Shown: positions 13,701 to 26,599, counted from the stretch's first letter. The stretch is 64,000 nt of DNA from Coniocarpon cinnabarinum (GCA_051942205.1 JAVECO010000009.1:62001-126000), one strand, 5' to 3'. The notes: generated from the sequence alone by a model not told the origin. Made by a program: numbers and translations.

Positions 13701-14407
13701 ATGAGGTCCTCGATCTCTGTTTATCACAGTGCACGGTGGCTCAACGGGCCTGCAAGCGATGTTGGGTTGGGAAACACCCAAGATGCCATGATGGTCGGCC
13801 TCGAGATCATCTACCAACGTCTGTGCTCCCGCATCGAGTGGATGGAAGCCAATAAGCAGGACTGCATATGGCAGGACCTGCTGGACGATGCCAGCGGCCA
13901 GCAAGATGTCGTTCAGCGGACAATTCTGTGGCGGCATGAGCTCTTTGCGCTGTTTGACGAGCTAGAGAGGGCTTTTGTCCTGCTCCTGGAGCTGAATGGC
14001 AATTCAGCCTGGCTCCAGGGGGTCCGCACCGCCTGTGAGACTATCATGTTCAGTTTGGAAGTCACTCAGCTAACTAATTGTGATTAGATCAGCTGACAGG
14101 AGAGCACCAGTTCCACTTCCTGTTGGGTTTCGCCATCGTAGAGCCGAATAGTCGGCTCGTGCTGCAGCCCTGGGATGTCGGCCCTGTCATGTACGCCTTC
14201 GATAGAGCCAGGCGTTTCCGCCATGGCTCAATCCCAAGCCTCTTGCTTCCGCGGCAGCCTCAGATCAGCATGACTGAGGTCAAGAATGTGATGGCCTTCT
14301 CACTGGCGGCTGTATTTGATCCGCTCATGGGGGTAATTCTCCGTGGGAAGGATACTGCGCGCCTGCGCTTCCCGGACCTGCGCTTCCCGGACCTGCGCTT
14401 CCCGTAG
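13701..14407 (+). CDS. Hypothetical protein, at least 2 exons
   Basis: ORFs 13623-14087 and 14123-14407 join in frame (GVRTA-Y-QLTGEHQFHFLLGF) across a canonical 53-nt intron 14035-14087 (GTGAGA...CTAAC...TAG). No family recognised; the 5' end is uncertain. Confidence 0.45.
14361..14404. repeat. 15-bp tandem repeat (CCTGCGCTTCCCGGA), ~3 copies
   Basis: Direct reading; encodes LRFPD LRFPD LRFP at the end of the hypothetical ORF. Confidence 0.9.
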
Positions 14408-15223
14408 GGGAACAAGGGCAAAGAGCAGAGCAATGGTCGTCAATACACCCACGAAGCACAAGAAAGACAACATTTTGGCCACAATAACGTCAGCGGTGAC
14501 GCTGCTTGTAATTCCTATTTCTCAGAAGAACAAGCGGAGCAGCTCCAGCAATCCGCCACCGACAAGAACCGCCAAAAGTGCAACTTTCCCGGGCAAATCA
14601 GCTATACGCCACAATTTTTGGCAGAATACGGCTCCATGAACTTACTGACAACCCAAGTACTGGTCTTCTGGTTGCTCCACCGCTTACTCAGCTCCATCTT
14701 CCGCCGCGTATCCTTGTCCTGCTTCGGTGGCTTGTATGTGCCCATTTTTGAGGCCTCTTTGTTCGCATAGCGTTCATTAGCACGACGCTGTTGTGGGGTT
14801 TGGGGAGCCTGTCAAGAAGCTCGCGGTCAGAAAAGGCCACAGACATAATGGCATCTTTGAATGATCTGGACGGCATACGGCGACACATTAGGGCAAGACT
14901 TACCATCACGATTGGTTTGCGGATTTGGCTCAGGGCAACGGGCAAGAACAGTCACTCGTGGATTTTAGTTGTTGTGCGGTTGATCCGATCGACGACAATT
15001 CCCAGGCAGCTTTACGACCGGCACCGGCAAGAGCAGACCTCAGTGTGCATTATTTTGACGTTCTCGAGTCGGATGGTGAAAGACACAAGAGACGGCGGAG
15101 AGGAACCCGGAAGCCAATGTGAAGTCTTGGCGCTGAAGCTTCAACCCAAAGAGGGAAGCTATCTCTGTTCACCAACTCAATTACGCCACAAAGCTGTTCA
15201 TGACAGCGTGTTCTTTTCACGCG

Positions 15224-15653
15224 ATGACGCTTCGAAGCCTCCAGGGAATTCGATCAGTGACTCGCAGGCACCCATTGTGGATAGCCAGGCCTTTAATACT
15301 GCAGCCTATCAGAGCCAGTCGGTCACAGTCCACAGATTCGCGACCACAGCAGTCCGACCAAAAACCGCCGAGCGCAGCCAGACAGTCTGTATGTCTTTGT
15401 CTTGACCAGGAGCAGCCACCGCGGATTCGATTCATCAACTGACGCTTCCCAGCTTCATCGCTATAATAGTCTTCGTAGACCATGGCTTCGCGTTTTACTC
15501 GGCGCATACTTTACTTATCAACTGCTTTACTGGTCCTGGGAGAAGATGCGGACAGACGAGATCGTAGCTCTGAAGAGCGCAGAGGTCAAACAGCTCGAAG
15601 AGCAGCTGGAGACACATAAGACCGCAAAGGCCGGCAAAGCAGGAGCGCCATGA
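15224..15653 (+). CDS. Small mitochondrial inner-membrane protein, INA17-like, 2 exons
   Basis: ATG 15224 gives an Arg-rich presequence-like N-terminus; intron 15389-15452 (GTATGT...CTGAC...CAG); exon 2 RPWLRVLLGAYFTYQLLYWSWEK is one TM helix followed by a coiled coil. Family name is tentative. Confidence 0.65.
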
Positions 15654-15770
15654 GATTCAGAGCTCGAGGCAAATCAATTCTAGCTAATATCCAAGCATCT
15701 GATGCAGATTAATCAAGCCAACGCTATGCGGGATCGAAAGAAGACATCCAAACGCCATCGAACCTCATCA

Positions 15771-17010
15771 TTACGCGCTGGCAGTGGCCTGTGGAGCAGC
15801 ATCTAAGCCGTTGGGCTGTTTGTGCTCTTCCTTCGCAGAGAGAGATTCTGCAGTATCAGGTCGTGGTGTCAAGGCATACGCTGAATCGGCACCCGTATTC
15901 GGAGACTCCTGCTCCTTCTCTTCATCAGCAACCGCAGAAAGAGGCTCATAGCTGGGCTGGGCAGTATCCACAATCGGATTTGGCACACGGTCCTGTGAGC
16001 TGGCTTCTTCCACCGGACCTGGCTCTCCTGCAACTTCATCTGGCTTCGCAAGCTCTTCAACAGCACCATGGGGCTTCTTCGTCCTCTTCTCAGCCGCCTG
16101 TTTCATGAACAGACCGACATCCTTGACAATGGCGCCGGGCACACCCATCTTCTGCGCACTCATCGGCACCCAGCCCTTCGCATCGCTTGCAGTCGCCATC
16201 TCCCACATGACATTTCCATCATCTTGCTCATGCACGCGCTCGACAGAGACATATTCACCAATTGTGGCCTTAGCTCGCTTCAGCTCATTTGAGCCCTGAG
16301 TACGATTCTGACCATTTGCGTAGATAGCATTGGGTACCTTCTTCAAGTCGACAGGGATTTGGGTAACGACAAAGGCGCCAGCTCTTGTAAACGCACGCGT
16401 GTTCAGTACGCAGAAGACTCGGTTCTGCAGTGGTCCAGGCAGCTCGTGGCACATCTCATAAACTGGCAGCAAAAGACGTTAACAAGAGACAGTCAAGACG
16501 TCAAGAGCTGGCGAGACACATACTTTCCATGGCCACCTCCTCATACTCAACGCCGAAATCACCCTCGATCTCATTGATCTGCTCCGCCCAGTCGAGAACC
16601 TTGTGTGTGTCGTAGATGCTGGGTGTATACGTCGCCTCATTCTCAGCGTGATCGTCAAACAAGCCCGCCTCGAACTCATCCCAACTGGCTGTCCCATCCA
16701 GCGGCGCGTTCTCATGCACGCTTTGCCGAGCGAACCACGCCTCTCCTCTTAGCAGCTCGCTGCTCAACACCTGCACCTTGGCCGTCGACGGCGGACTCTT
16801 CCTCTCGGACCCCTTCTTCTGGAACGTAGATGGAATTACATTGTCGGAGAAGTCGACAGCCTCAGTGAGGACCTCGCGGACAAAGTCTCTCAGACCGACA
16901 TTCGAGTTCGACTGCAAAGACGCCAATGAGGGATGCGAAGGCAGATCGGAGACTTTTAATGGCCTCAAACGGAGCTTGCGGGTCGCTGGCTGCTGCGCTT
17001 CGAGCGACAT
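15771..17010 (-). CDS. DUF3074 (START/SRPBCC-like) domain protein, 2 exons
   Basis: SPPSTAKV, WFARQSVH, GTASWDEF..GLF..H.ENE..YTP, GEYVSVERV and WEMATASDAKGWVP motifs; intron 16523..16463 (GTATGT...CAG) joins the two ORFs. Confidence 0.85.
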
Positions 17011-17553
17011 GATTGGCCGTAATACACGTATGAACTGATGCGGCAGGGAGGTAACGCAAGATCCACAACGACAGGCTTCAGGAGGAGAAACAAGCAAGCG
17101 GATCCCACAGCAGCAAGACACTTAGGAGTTTCCAGCACGCTTGCAGTAGCTGAGACTCTAGTGCTCGTCCTTGGGCATCGCTGGCAACTTTTTTCTGGGC
17201 GTTCGGATGACGCTGGGATGCCGATGATCCGCTAACTCGTTGCGCTAAGTGCGCTTATTGATCCTCGCTTGGGGCTTGCGCGATTCAGTTTTGACTCAAC
17301 CAATGATGCGCATCGTTGACGCTGCTGATGAAATAATATTGTACGAGTACCTGGTTCCATAGATACTTTCTCGTGCAGAGCTTAATTGGATGATCTATGG
17401 CTTTTTTCACTTCTCTGAACCTGACTTCATGTGACAATGCGTGTTTAAGCTCTTTGCCGCCCACGATACGGCACTACGCTACCAGCGATCTCTTGTAGGC
17501 TCGTCTCATCTTCTAGACCTGCACGATGAAGCTCTGCGAGCAGCGCAAAGCCC

Positions 17554-17965
17554 AATCACATCCACAGACTCCATGCCAGAACCTCATCCCTGAGGTAATC
17601 GCCACGGCCCACCTCGTCCACTGAGTCTCACCGAAAGCGGCTTGGAGGAGTCGACTAATACAATCGTGGAGTAGGCTTCGCCCAAGGTTTCGGAAGCAGC
17701 AACGCCTTCGTTGAGGCATGAGTGGTCGATTGGCGAAGGCGCGACGTCGTTGCACGAAGGGGTCTAATCACACTGACAGACTCCACGCCAGAACCTCATC
17801 TTTGAAGCAATCGCGTCGACACACTTCGTGAGCTGAGTCTCGCGGAAAGAGGCTTAGAGGAGTCGACTAACACTGACATGGAGTAGGCTTCGCTCAATGT
17901 CTCGAAAGGCGCAGAGTCTTGGTTCAGGCATGAGTGGTCGATTGGCGATAGCGCGACGTCGTTGC
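17554..17965. repeat. Two-copy direct tandem duplication, 212-bp period
   Basis: AATCACA..ACAGACTCCA.GCCAGAACCTCATC at 17554 and 17766; GGCATGAGTGGTCGATTGGCGA..GCGCGACGTCGTTGC ends at 17753 and 17965. Confidence 0.9.
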
Positions 17966-18495
17966 GTGTCACTTGGGAGTTCTAAAGGGCAGAGGGCAGG
18001 ACTCCGAGAGCCTCCGGGCGCGAGACGTGGTCAATGACATATACCTCAACGCTGCTGCCTCCATTGGTTTACTTTCTACAATCATTCTGGGACTATCTCA
18101 AGCCAAGGTTGTACTCGCAATGTGCTCAGTGCTGGACTGGAGCTCCTTCAGTGTCACAGACAAGATCCGTCGCTCTTGCTTTGGCTATATGCCGTGTAGT
18201 CATCTCGCAGCTGGCACCGGGGCCCTTAGACAAAGTCTGAGGAGACGGAGTATAACATTAAAGCCAACGCTGGCGTGGTAACCGACGCTATTGGCTCCAT
18301 TTTTGGGAGCGCTTTGGATGGTTGGCTGAAGCTTACAAGCGCCGAGAGATACACAACGGGTCCTCGTTGGCTCAGCGTGTTCTTCAGAAACATTTGTTAT
18401 ACGAAGACACTCAGATAATTGAATCAAATAACGCTATCTTGACGTCTGTGTTGATGTGGTTATTGTACCGCTTTTATGGCTCAAAGTCTGTATCC

Positions 18496-19415
18496 TTCTT
18501 CTTCTTCTTCTTCTTCTTCTTCTTTGCCTTTTGGCCTCATCCTCCTTGATCTTCTCTTCCTCTTTCTTGTCTTCTTCTTTGGTGCTCCTCCTCTTTGGTG
18601 ATCCTGCCTTTGCTGGTCCTGTTCTTCCTGCGCCTCCCCTGTCTTCATCTTTTTCTCCTCTTTCTGGTCCTGCTCTTTCTGGTCCTGCTCTTTCTGGTCC
18701 TGCTCTTTCTAGTCCTGCTCTTTCTGGTCCTACTCTTTCTGGTCCTGCTCTTTCTGAACCTCTTGTTTTTAGGCCTCCTTTTTCTGGATCACTTGTTTCT
18801 AGGTCTCCTATTTCTAGGCCGGGTCTTTTTGAGCCTAGTCTTTCTAGTTCTGCTTTTGCTCATCCTGCTCTTGCTAGTCCTGTTCTTTCTGATCCCGTTC
18901 TTTCTAATCCTGTTCTTTCTGATCCTGTTCTTGCTGATCCTGTTCTTGCTGATCCTACTCTTGCTGATCCTGCTCTTGCTGATCCCGCTATTTTTGATCC
19001 CGCTCCTCCTTAGCCCGTTCTTTCCGATTCTGCTCTTTCTTGTTGTGCTCTTTCTAGTCTTGGCCTTTCTTAACTTCCTCCTTTTCCTTCTCCTCCTCCT
19101 CTACTACTACTACCTCTCCTTCTGCTCCTCCTTCTGCTCCTCCTTCTGCTCTACCCTCTGCTCTACCCTCTGCTCTACCTTCTGCTCCTGCTTTTTCTGC
19201 TCCTACTCTTGCTCCTGCTTCTTCTTCTGCTACTGCTTGTACTTCTTCCTCTGCTCCATCTGCGTAACCTCCTCCTCTCGCTCCTGACTCTCCTCCTTCG
19301 TGTTCTTATCTCCTCCTTGTCCTTGTCCTACTCCTTCTTCACCCCTATTCCTCTCCCTCTCCCTCCTCGTCTCCCTCTTCTCCTTCCCCCTCTCCTTAGC
19401 CTAACTCTTGATTAG
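18496..19415 (-). pseudogene. RIP-damaged low-complexity E/Q/K/D repeat coding sequence (15-bp and 12-bp tandem units)
   Basis: Minus strand reads EQDQK/EQDQQ pentapeptides and EQKE/EQRV tetrapeptides, with many TAG codons exactly where neighbouring units have CAG, including TAG TAG TAG TAG near 19101-19112. (TTC)n tract at 18496-18523. Confidence 0.7.
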
Positions 19416-20791
19416 TGTGTTCAGTCGGTTGGAAGCCTTCTTAGACTAGTTTGGTACAGGTATCCCGAGCGAAGGAAGGCTGCCCTGTATTGAAGCTTTA
19501 GTAAGAGGCTCGCTGTCCCCAGTCATGCAATTGCTGCTCATGCGGACGCGATGTGCCTCCACCTTAGCTACGACAAGTGTGTCTGGCAACTTTTTCACGC
19601 TTATGCTCTCTTCCTGCACTGCCAATTCGGTCAGAAACGGATGATCTAGTGGAAACACGTCACTGATGATGACTCAAATCTGAATCAAGCATGAATCTCG
19701 TTGATCTGGGCTCGGCCCTCTGAATGAAGCCACCAGGCTTGAGAAGCTGGACAAGATTTTGCGTGACTGCGGGCCATATCTTATCATTTGAGAAGTCAGA
19801 CGAATAAACAGGTCATCAACGGCCCAATACTAGCTGAAGGCTCCTCGAAGCCAGGTACCAGCAGTCGTACATGCACGGTGTCAAACTTCTAATGAGACTC
19901 TCAGGGGTATCGGCATCCCTGCATCGATGCGGTGCGCGTCTGGATTGTGCTGGACGGACAACTGCGTGTATCCTGGCTGGAATCTACATTGATGCCGTCG
20001 AGTACAATTGTAGATGGAAGAATGTTGCCCGATGCCGCGTCCAGCATTGGCGACACGAGCTTCGATGCCTACCTGACGCTTTGTTGAAGGCCTAATGGAG
20101 ACCAATGAAGCTCAATTTCTGTAGATCTCGTATATCATGGATTGAATCGAAAGGGGTAAACAACGCTGCTCTTGCTGAAGCTCAGGTTGCTCAGTTAGTC
20201 TCTCTACCGTGCCAGTAGACCCGAATCTTCCCTTCCACGAAAGCCACAAGCCTCTGCCACACTTCGAAGTCGCGAAATACGCCATGCGCTTGCCGTCATT
20301 GACCTATGGTGACACTGCAGCGATAAGGAGAAGTCATGTAGTGGAAGGGAGCTACTGAAGCTGTCAGCCATCAGTAAGACTACACCCAGCGAATCTATAG
20401 CTTCCGAGAGCGTCAAAAGCCTCTGATCAGGCCATTTCAGATCATCGCATGAAACGCGAAACGGCGATTCTCCTAGGGTAAGTTTGCAAGGTACTCGTGG
20501 TCTACAAGAGGAATGGCGGATCGATTCACGGCTCAAATGCATGTCATGATCGCCTTCGGGCGAGAGACGCATGACGTACTGGACGACTACTGAGACCTCA
20601 TTCAAGACGTCTGGGGTCTCCGCTATGCCCTTAATTGGCCGCGGGACAGTAATTCGCAGAAACAGTTGCTGGCGCCGTTTCCTGTAAAGTGGGAGCAAGA
20701 TCACGTGATTGGAACCCTAATGACTAGCGCATCTTCAAGGCAAACTGCAAGCCTTCAACCTGTCACTCCCTTCATTAAGACACAGCAAAAA

Positions 20792-23624
20792 ATGGCGACT
20801 AAGCCAGGAAACAAGATGAAGAGACCAAAGTCACTGGCCGTTAGGCCGCAAATGGTGCCTGCTTCCCGGTCAAACAGCTATCTAGCGTCTTTGAAGGCCA
20901 CCACCATCATGAGTTCAAAGACCGCGCTACCCGCTGGTACGCGAGGACGCCTTGTAGAGAAGACCTGTGTAACCATACTAATGGACGCTAGAAATAATGG
21001 CTTTGGTGCTAGATTTTCTTGCAGCTCCAGACCTGATACGTGTTGCGCAAACGTCAAAGCGCATGCAGGAAATGGTGTATGACGATTCGCGCTGGGTGTC
21101 CAAGCTTCATGCTATGGGCGCGTGGAACGAAGCGGAGGCTCGGCAACGAGCGGAATCGGTGTTTCATCGCAAGGTGGAAGGCCGCCTTTCCAAGCATGCA
21201 GGTGGTCTCAAGAATGGCGCAGGTCATGCGGGTGTAAATGGTGTCGAAGGGCAAACCGCGCGGCGAAGGGCGGTCGAGTCCGGTAATTTGATAGACCCGG
21301 GTTTTGAGGAGCAGGTGACGTCCAAGCCTGTGTCCTCCCACCTGCCATCGACGTTGCCTGGTGTACCAGGCACTCCGGGTCTCAGCGGTATTGCCGTAGA
21401 AACGCCCACACAAAATCTCTTACCTCCTGCTCTCGCTGCTAAACTGCACGTCCTCAACAGTGTCCGCTCAATCCGTGGACAGGCACGTCAAGAATACGGC
21501 AAAGTCTATGCAGCACTGAGTCCTTATTACTTTGACCTTGCTCAGACGTCCTCCTCTTTTTCTGATTCATTGATTTTCAAAGACTTCACAGACCCTCGAG
21601 ATCAAGCAAAGATGGCACAGCAGCTCGTCAATTACTCGCAGACTTACTCACCAGTCTTCTCACGAACCGATTATCGTACAACAAGGCTGGTGGCACTCTA
21701 CGACACCCTACGATCACAAGCGACTGAGGGCATCAAGGAAGCATACCATTCGAAAGATGTTCGAATTGATATGTTAGTTCGAATTCAAACTCTGATCTGC
21801 CTCAACGACGAGGCGGCTGCTATGGACGCCTTTATCAACAACAACACCCTCATCAAAGGTCTATACAATCTGGGACAGCCACTGGATTGCTTGGAGCACG
21901 CCTTTGAAGGGCAGGTAAATTTGAACCCATCAAGAGACTACTTCGAAAGACTCGCCGTCGCACTCCGCGAACAGTACAGGATCATGGACGGAGTTTTCCC
22001 ACCGACTGTCGAAGTCGTCTCAAAATTTCTGCCCAAGCTCGGACAGGACCTCGTCAGCAATTACACATATACCCTTTTCACAGAAGCCACTCAGCACATA
22101 TCCACCGACGTTTGGCGGAAACTCGTCTCAGGCGTCTTCAGACATTGCAGGGACGCACTCGTCGCGGCGGGGAAACCCGTCTGCATTTCAGTGGATGGCC
22201 ATCTCGACCTGGTCACTTATGTGCTCGATCTTATTTTCGGCCCTCACATGGAGAAATACCTCGATGAAGAATTCGACAGCTTCAACAATGCGATCAAAGA
22301 AGAATCAAGCAAATGGAACACACAGGTCGCCGCCCGCGAAGCGTCCGCTGAGACCTTCTTCATGTCAAACATCAGCCGTCGTGAGGTCAAGAGAGATTTC
22401 ATGACTTCGTTCAAGAAGATGTTGACGGCTCCTGTGCACGCATTCCCCACCACTCGAGCCGGGGCCTCGGGCACAAGCAGCGCGAATCCCGTATCAGACG
22501 GTCGCCTTGGACCCACCACAGAAGTCGAAGCCAAAGCTGCGCTGGCTAATTCACGCCTTGCTGGAATTAACGCTCTCTTTAGCGTCGAGGTCGCGCTTAC
22601 TATGATACATCACGCTCGTGCATCAATCGAGCGCTTGCGCCCCTTCGCCCACGGCCTGCTCGCTGACAACAGTGAAAACGCACGCCAACTTGCAGAGCGA
22701 ATTTTTGTGAACCTTATCGCCACTCTCGGCGACCACCACATCATACCAGGTTTCAACAAGGCGAACAGACAGCTTCAGTCGTACTCTGCGCGACAAGCAA
22801 CGCAGCATAACATGCATGAGGGCGTCAAGCCCCTTGTATCCTTCATCGAGCTCGTCAATGTTGGCGATCTGATCCTTCAAATGGTGGATGTATTCTACCA
22901 GACAGAGCTCGTCCGCACCAAACTCACCCTCGCCGACGACTTCCAAAATCCCGTCACAAGGACGAAGAAAAATTTTGAAAGCATGGTCGACAATTGTGTT
23001 GCTGGAGGACTGGAGGAGGCGATCAAAGTCCTCATCGACGAGATTGAGTACACCTTGGGCCACATGCAAGCCGCCACCGACTACAATCCCGCCGGAACCG
23101 TGAGCCTGCCCAAACACGGCAATGCGGCCACGACGCAACGCAATAACGCCGCCAACGGCGAGATCGGGCCAACAGACGCTGCAATACGCGTCAAGGATCT
23201 GCTGGAGTCGTACACCAGCATGATCGTGGGAACGACGGAGCGGGGGACGGTGGAGGCGTTCCACCGCGAGGTCGGGCAGCGGTTTTTCAACGCCGTCTGC
23301 TCGCACATCAAGACCCTCCGCATCAGCCCGGAGGGGGCGGTCCGATTAATTTCGGACACAGCGCTGTACTACAGCTCCATCGCGGGGCTGAAGGACAGGC
23401 AGCTGGAGCCCCTCTTCCGGGCGTTGCGGGAGGTCAGCCAAGTCTACCTCGTGGATGGCCGGGACGCCAAGGCCATCGCAGCAATCATCCTCGACTCCCA
23501 GCGGTTCGAGGGGGTCTTCTCCGTGCAAGACCTCAGCATGTTCGCCGAGCGGCGCACGGACTGGTTCGCCGTCCGTCCCTCCGTGGAAAAGCAGCTCTAT
23601 GGAAAGGGCTGCTGCGTCATGTGA
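20792..23624 (+). CDS. RCY1: F-box/Sec10-like recycling protein recyclin-1, 2 exons
   Basis: Intron 20937-20991 restores the F-box LPAEIMALVLDFLAAPDLIRVAQTSKRM; KRDFMTSFKK, LFSVEVAL and FIELVNVGDLILQMVDVFY motifs; C-terminal CAAX (CCVM). Confidence 0.9.
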
Positions 23625-25019
23625 GCCGGCTGGGAGGGGTGGTTGTTGCGGTGGCTGGGGGCGGCGGGACGACAGTGTGGTCGTCGTTTTTGTAATTGTA
23701 GTTTCTTTGGCCGCTTTGCGGCATGAACAGATCACTTTGTGCAATTCTCCCTGTCTTTACTATACATCTTGCTCATGTGCTTCTTTCCAGTTTGATTGAG
23801 CAGCAAAGCGATGCCTTTAAGAGCGTCATCGTTGACAACAATGATTAAATCGCCACTGAATCTTTGCCTCCTCCGGTGTACTTAAGCTCTTTAATGCTAC
23901 TATGCTCATTCATCATCTGGACATTGCCTTCTTTCACGCTGGTTATGAGTACAACGGAAAAGTCTCTTTTTCCCCAACTATGGAATATTATGCTAGGCTA
24001 AGGGAGCACGTTACGCCTCAGCCTCATCTCATCAGTATCAGTAGCCTTCATCATTCATAGAAAGCGATTTCCAAGTCAACAACGCCCAGTGTCTTTCAAC
24101 GCCATCCCTCTAAGCGCTGGGATCTTGTTTGTGTAGGTAGCAACCAACCGCTAGATCCTGTTCTTTCTCCTCTAGCGAGCGTAGCAGGGGTCAAAACGTG
24201 TGTTTAAATCCCAAATTTGTACGCCTCAGGCACAAAGACACGGTGTAGCAACTTCTGTTTCAATCGAAGCTCCTTTATGTGGTTCGTTCATAGCATTATC
24301 CATCTCAGAGCGAATACAGGAAGTATCTTCGAAGTGTAGAATGACGCAAGGACGCAGAGGAGGCAATCTGGGCATGCACTAGTACATCTTGAAGCTGCAA
24401 ATCCTGACGAGAAGCCGAAGATCTTGAGAAACAAGTGCAAGCACGGGATCTGGTGCAATTGTGGGAGCGTAGCCTTGAAGAATAGCCCAAGCTGGAGGAG
24501 ATTGAGGGTAATCACGGAGAGGAGAATCGATTGTGGAGGCAGAAGAATTGCAAAGCACAAGCGGACGAGGGGAATGGTTGAATTTCTGAATGTCGCGTGG
24601 TGGAAGAGGTAGATTATAATCTGTATATACACAAAGATAGAGCGAACTGAGCTGATGAATGCCTAATTCTGTTAGCAAAGCTTGCTATTCCTCCTTGAAG
24701 AGACGTCAAAAAACAAGTATGAACAGCTTTGGCAATGCAATTATGATTCGTAGAGTCGTTTCAATCAGATTTCTCAACACCGCAGGTAATAGGGGCGGCG
24801 AAAAGAAGCGATTTAGCTGCATTAAAGCCACACCTCTTCCCAAAACGGGGTAACACAAGCAGAATACCGCCATTTCAGGAATGAGGCAAGCTCTCGTGAC
24901 AGTTGAGCCACCTTGACCATAAGGCTGGAAGCACTAGCGCCGTTTCATGGGAGGTGAAGAATATATCTTCTCCCCCGGCCAACAAACCTTTCTCTTCTTT
25001 TTCTTCTTCCTCTTCAACA

Positions 25020-25095
25020 AGCCGACTGACTGCCTGCCTGTCTACCTACCTACCTACCTACCTGCCTGCCTGCCTGCTTGCCTGCCTGCCAGCTG
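25020..25095. repeat. Compound tetranucleotide microsatellite (CTAC)n(CTGC)n
   Basis: Direct reading. Confidence 0.9.
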
Positions 25096-25275
25096 CTCGC
25101 TGCTCTCTGCGCCGTTTAAGTGTAAAAACTTAAATACATCAACAGTGAGATTCACCGTTGACGTTGCTGGCGTTCTTCTGCTAACTCGCTCTCCAGTGGC
25201 CGCTGCGCCAACCCCTGTGCCGGTCCTTCGGGGCCGCGGAGGATACGACACGACGACTGGGCCACCGATGCCCAT

Positions 25276-25322
25276 CCCACCACCACCACCACCATCATCA
25301 TCATCACCACCACCACCACCAC
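25276..25322. repeat. (CAC/CAT)n trinucleotide microsatellite
   Basis: Direct reading. Confidence 0.9.
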
Positions 25323-25889
25323 AAGAGCCCAAGAAGTGAGGGCGGAGAGGGGAGACGGCGGGCGAGAGGCCTCACAATGTGAGAGCAAACCGCGGCACAA
25401 TACATCAAATAAATTGTGCAATTGAAACGCTTTTCGCTTCGCTTTGTGTCTTCTTCTCTTCTTCGTAAATGTGTTCTTAATCTTTGCGTCTTCACAGCCC
25501 TTGACATTCATCTCTATTACTACGCGTGTGCCGTGAAATGACTGCACATCAACGTAATTGAAGGCTCGCATACTCAATCTTTCCCGAAGCGGCGGTAAAC
25601 GGCAAGCAAGCAGATCTGAGGTCACCACAAGTACGTGCGTACGAGGATAATAGGCGAGCGATTATATGTATTACGTATTCAGAAGACGTAGGGAATGTAT
25701 CTCATGTACTACTCCATAAGCTCACAATTGTTCAATGATCAAGAAAGCGCCTGCTTTTTCTCAACGTCGATGTAATGACAAATAGCGGTGTAGCTTTGAT
25801 AAGGCGATTCACGATGTCTCGACGCACGCATTCTCTCCCGTGAAACAGTCCTGCACAGAGCGAGAGAGGGCCTTCAACGCAGTTATCTA

Positions 25890-26565
25890 AAGGAATAGCC
25901 GATGATTCACACTATCTTAGGGTTTCCCATCATCGTCATTACGCTCTGCAAGCGTCAGAGCTGTTTTGGACATAGTCATTGGGAGGTTTCATAGCAAGAG
26001 CCCAATTTCATTGTGGATATGCCGGACAGCATCACACAATAGCCTTGCGAAGCGAGGAAACCGATTTCTAATCGCAAAAATGCAAGGCATTGCACCGCTG
26101 CAAGCATCTGACAAATCCTTTGGACATATTCATTGAGAAGCTTTATAGCTAGAGCGCGGCTTCATTCCTAGTTCCCGAAATTGATCGCACAATAGCCTTT
26201 CGAAGCCAGGGAATCAATTCTTAATTGCGAGAACGCAGGGCAATGCAACGCTGCAAGCGTCTGAAACGGGTTGTGTACATAGTCATCGAGAAGCTTCAAA
26301 GCCAGAGCGCAATTCCTCGTTGGCCTCAAAGACTGATCCGTATGATAGCCTTGAGGAGCCGAGAAAGCGATCCATAGTCGCAACAATGCGAGGCATGAAA
26401 CCGCTGCAAGCGTCTGACAGATTACGTGTACATAGTCATTGAGAAGCTGCATAGCCAGAGCGCAATGCCTTGTCTGATCCACAGACGATACCGTACAATA
26501 GGCGTGCGGAGCCAGGCAATCAATCCCTAATCGCAAAATTGCAAGGCATTGCAACGCTGCAAGGC
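25890..26565. repeat. Diverged tandem array, ~4.5 units of 153 bp
   Basis: CGCTGCAAG anchor at ~26096, 26249, 26402 and 26555 (153-bp spacing), with a degenerate copy near 25943; CATAGTCATTGAGAAG and AGAGCGCAAT recur with the same period. Confidence 0.9.
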
Positions 26566-26599
26566 AAGGGGAATGTCAAAAATACAGATTCCCGCACCG

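Noticed and set aside
18456..19415. Plus-strand Leu-rich and Pro/Ser-rich ORFs (230, 185 and 68 aa)
   Set aside because: They are artefacts of a purine-poor repeat strand that rarely forms stop codons
25890..26565. CRISPR-like array (also considered for 12245-12870)
   Set aside because: Units are homologous along their whole length with no unique spacers; the genome is eukaryotic and there are no cas genes
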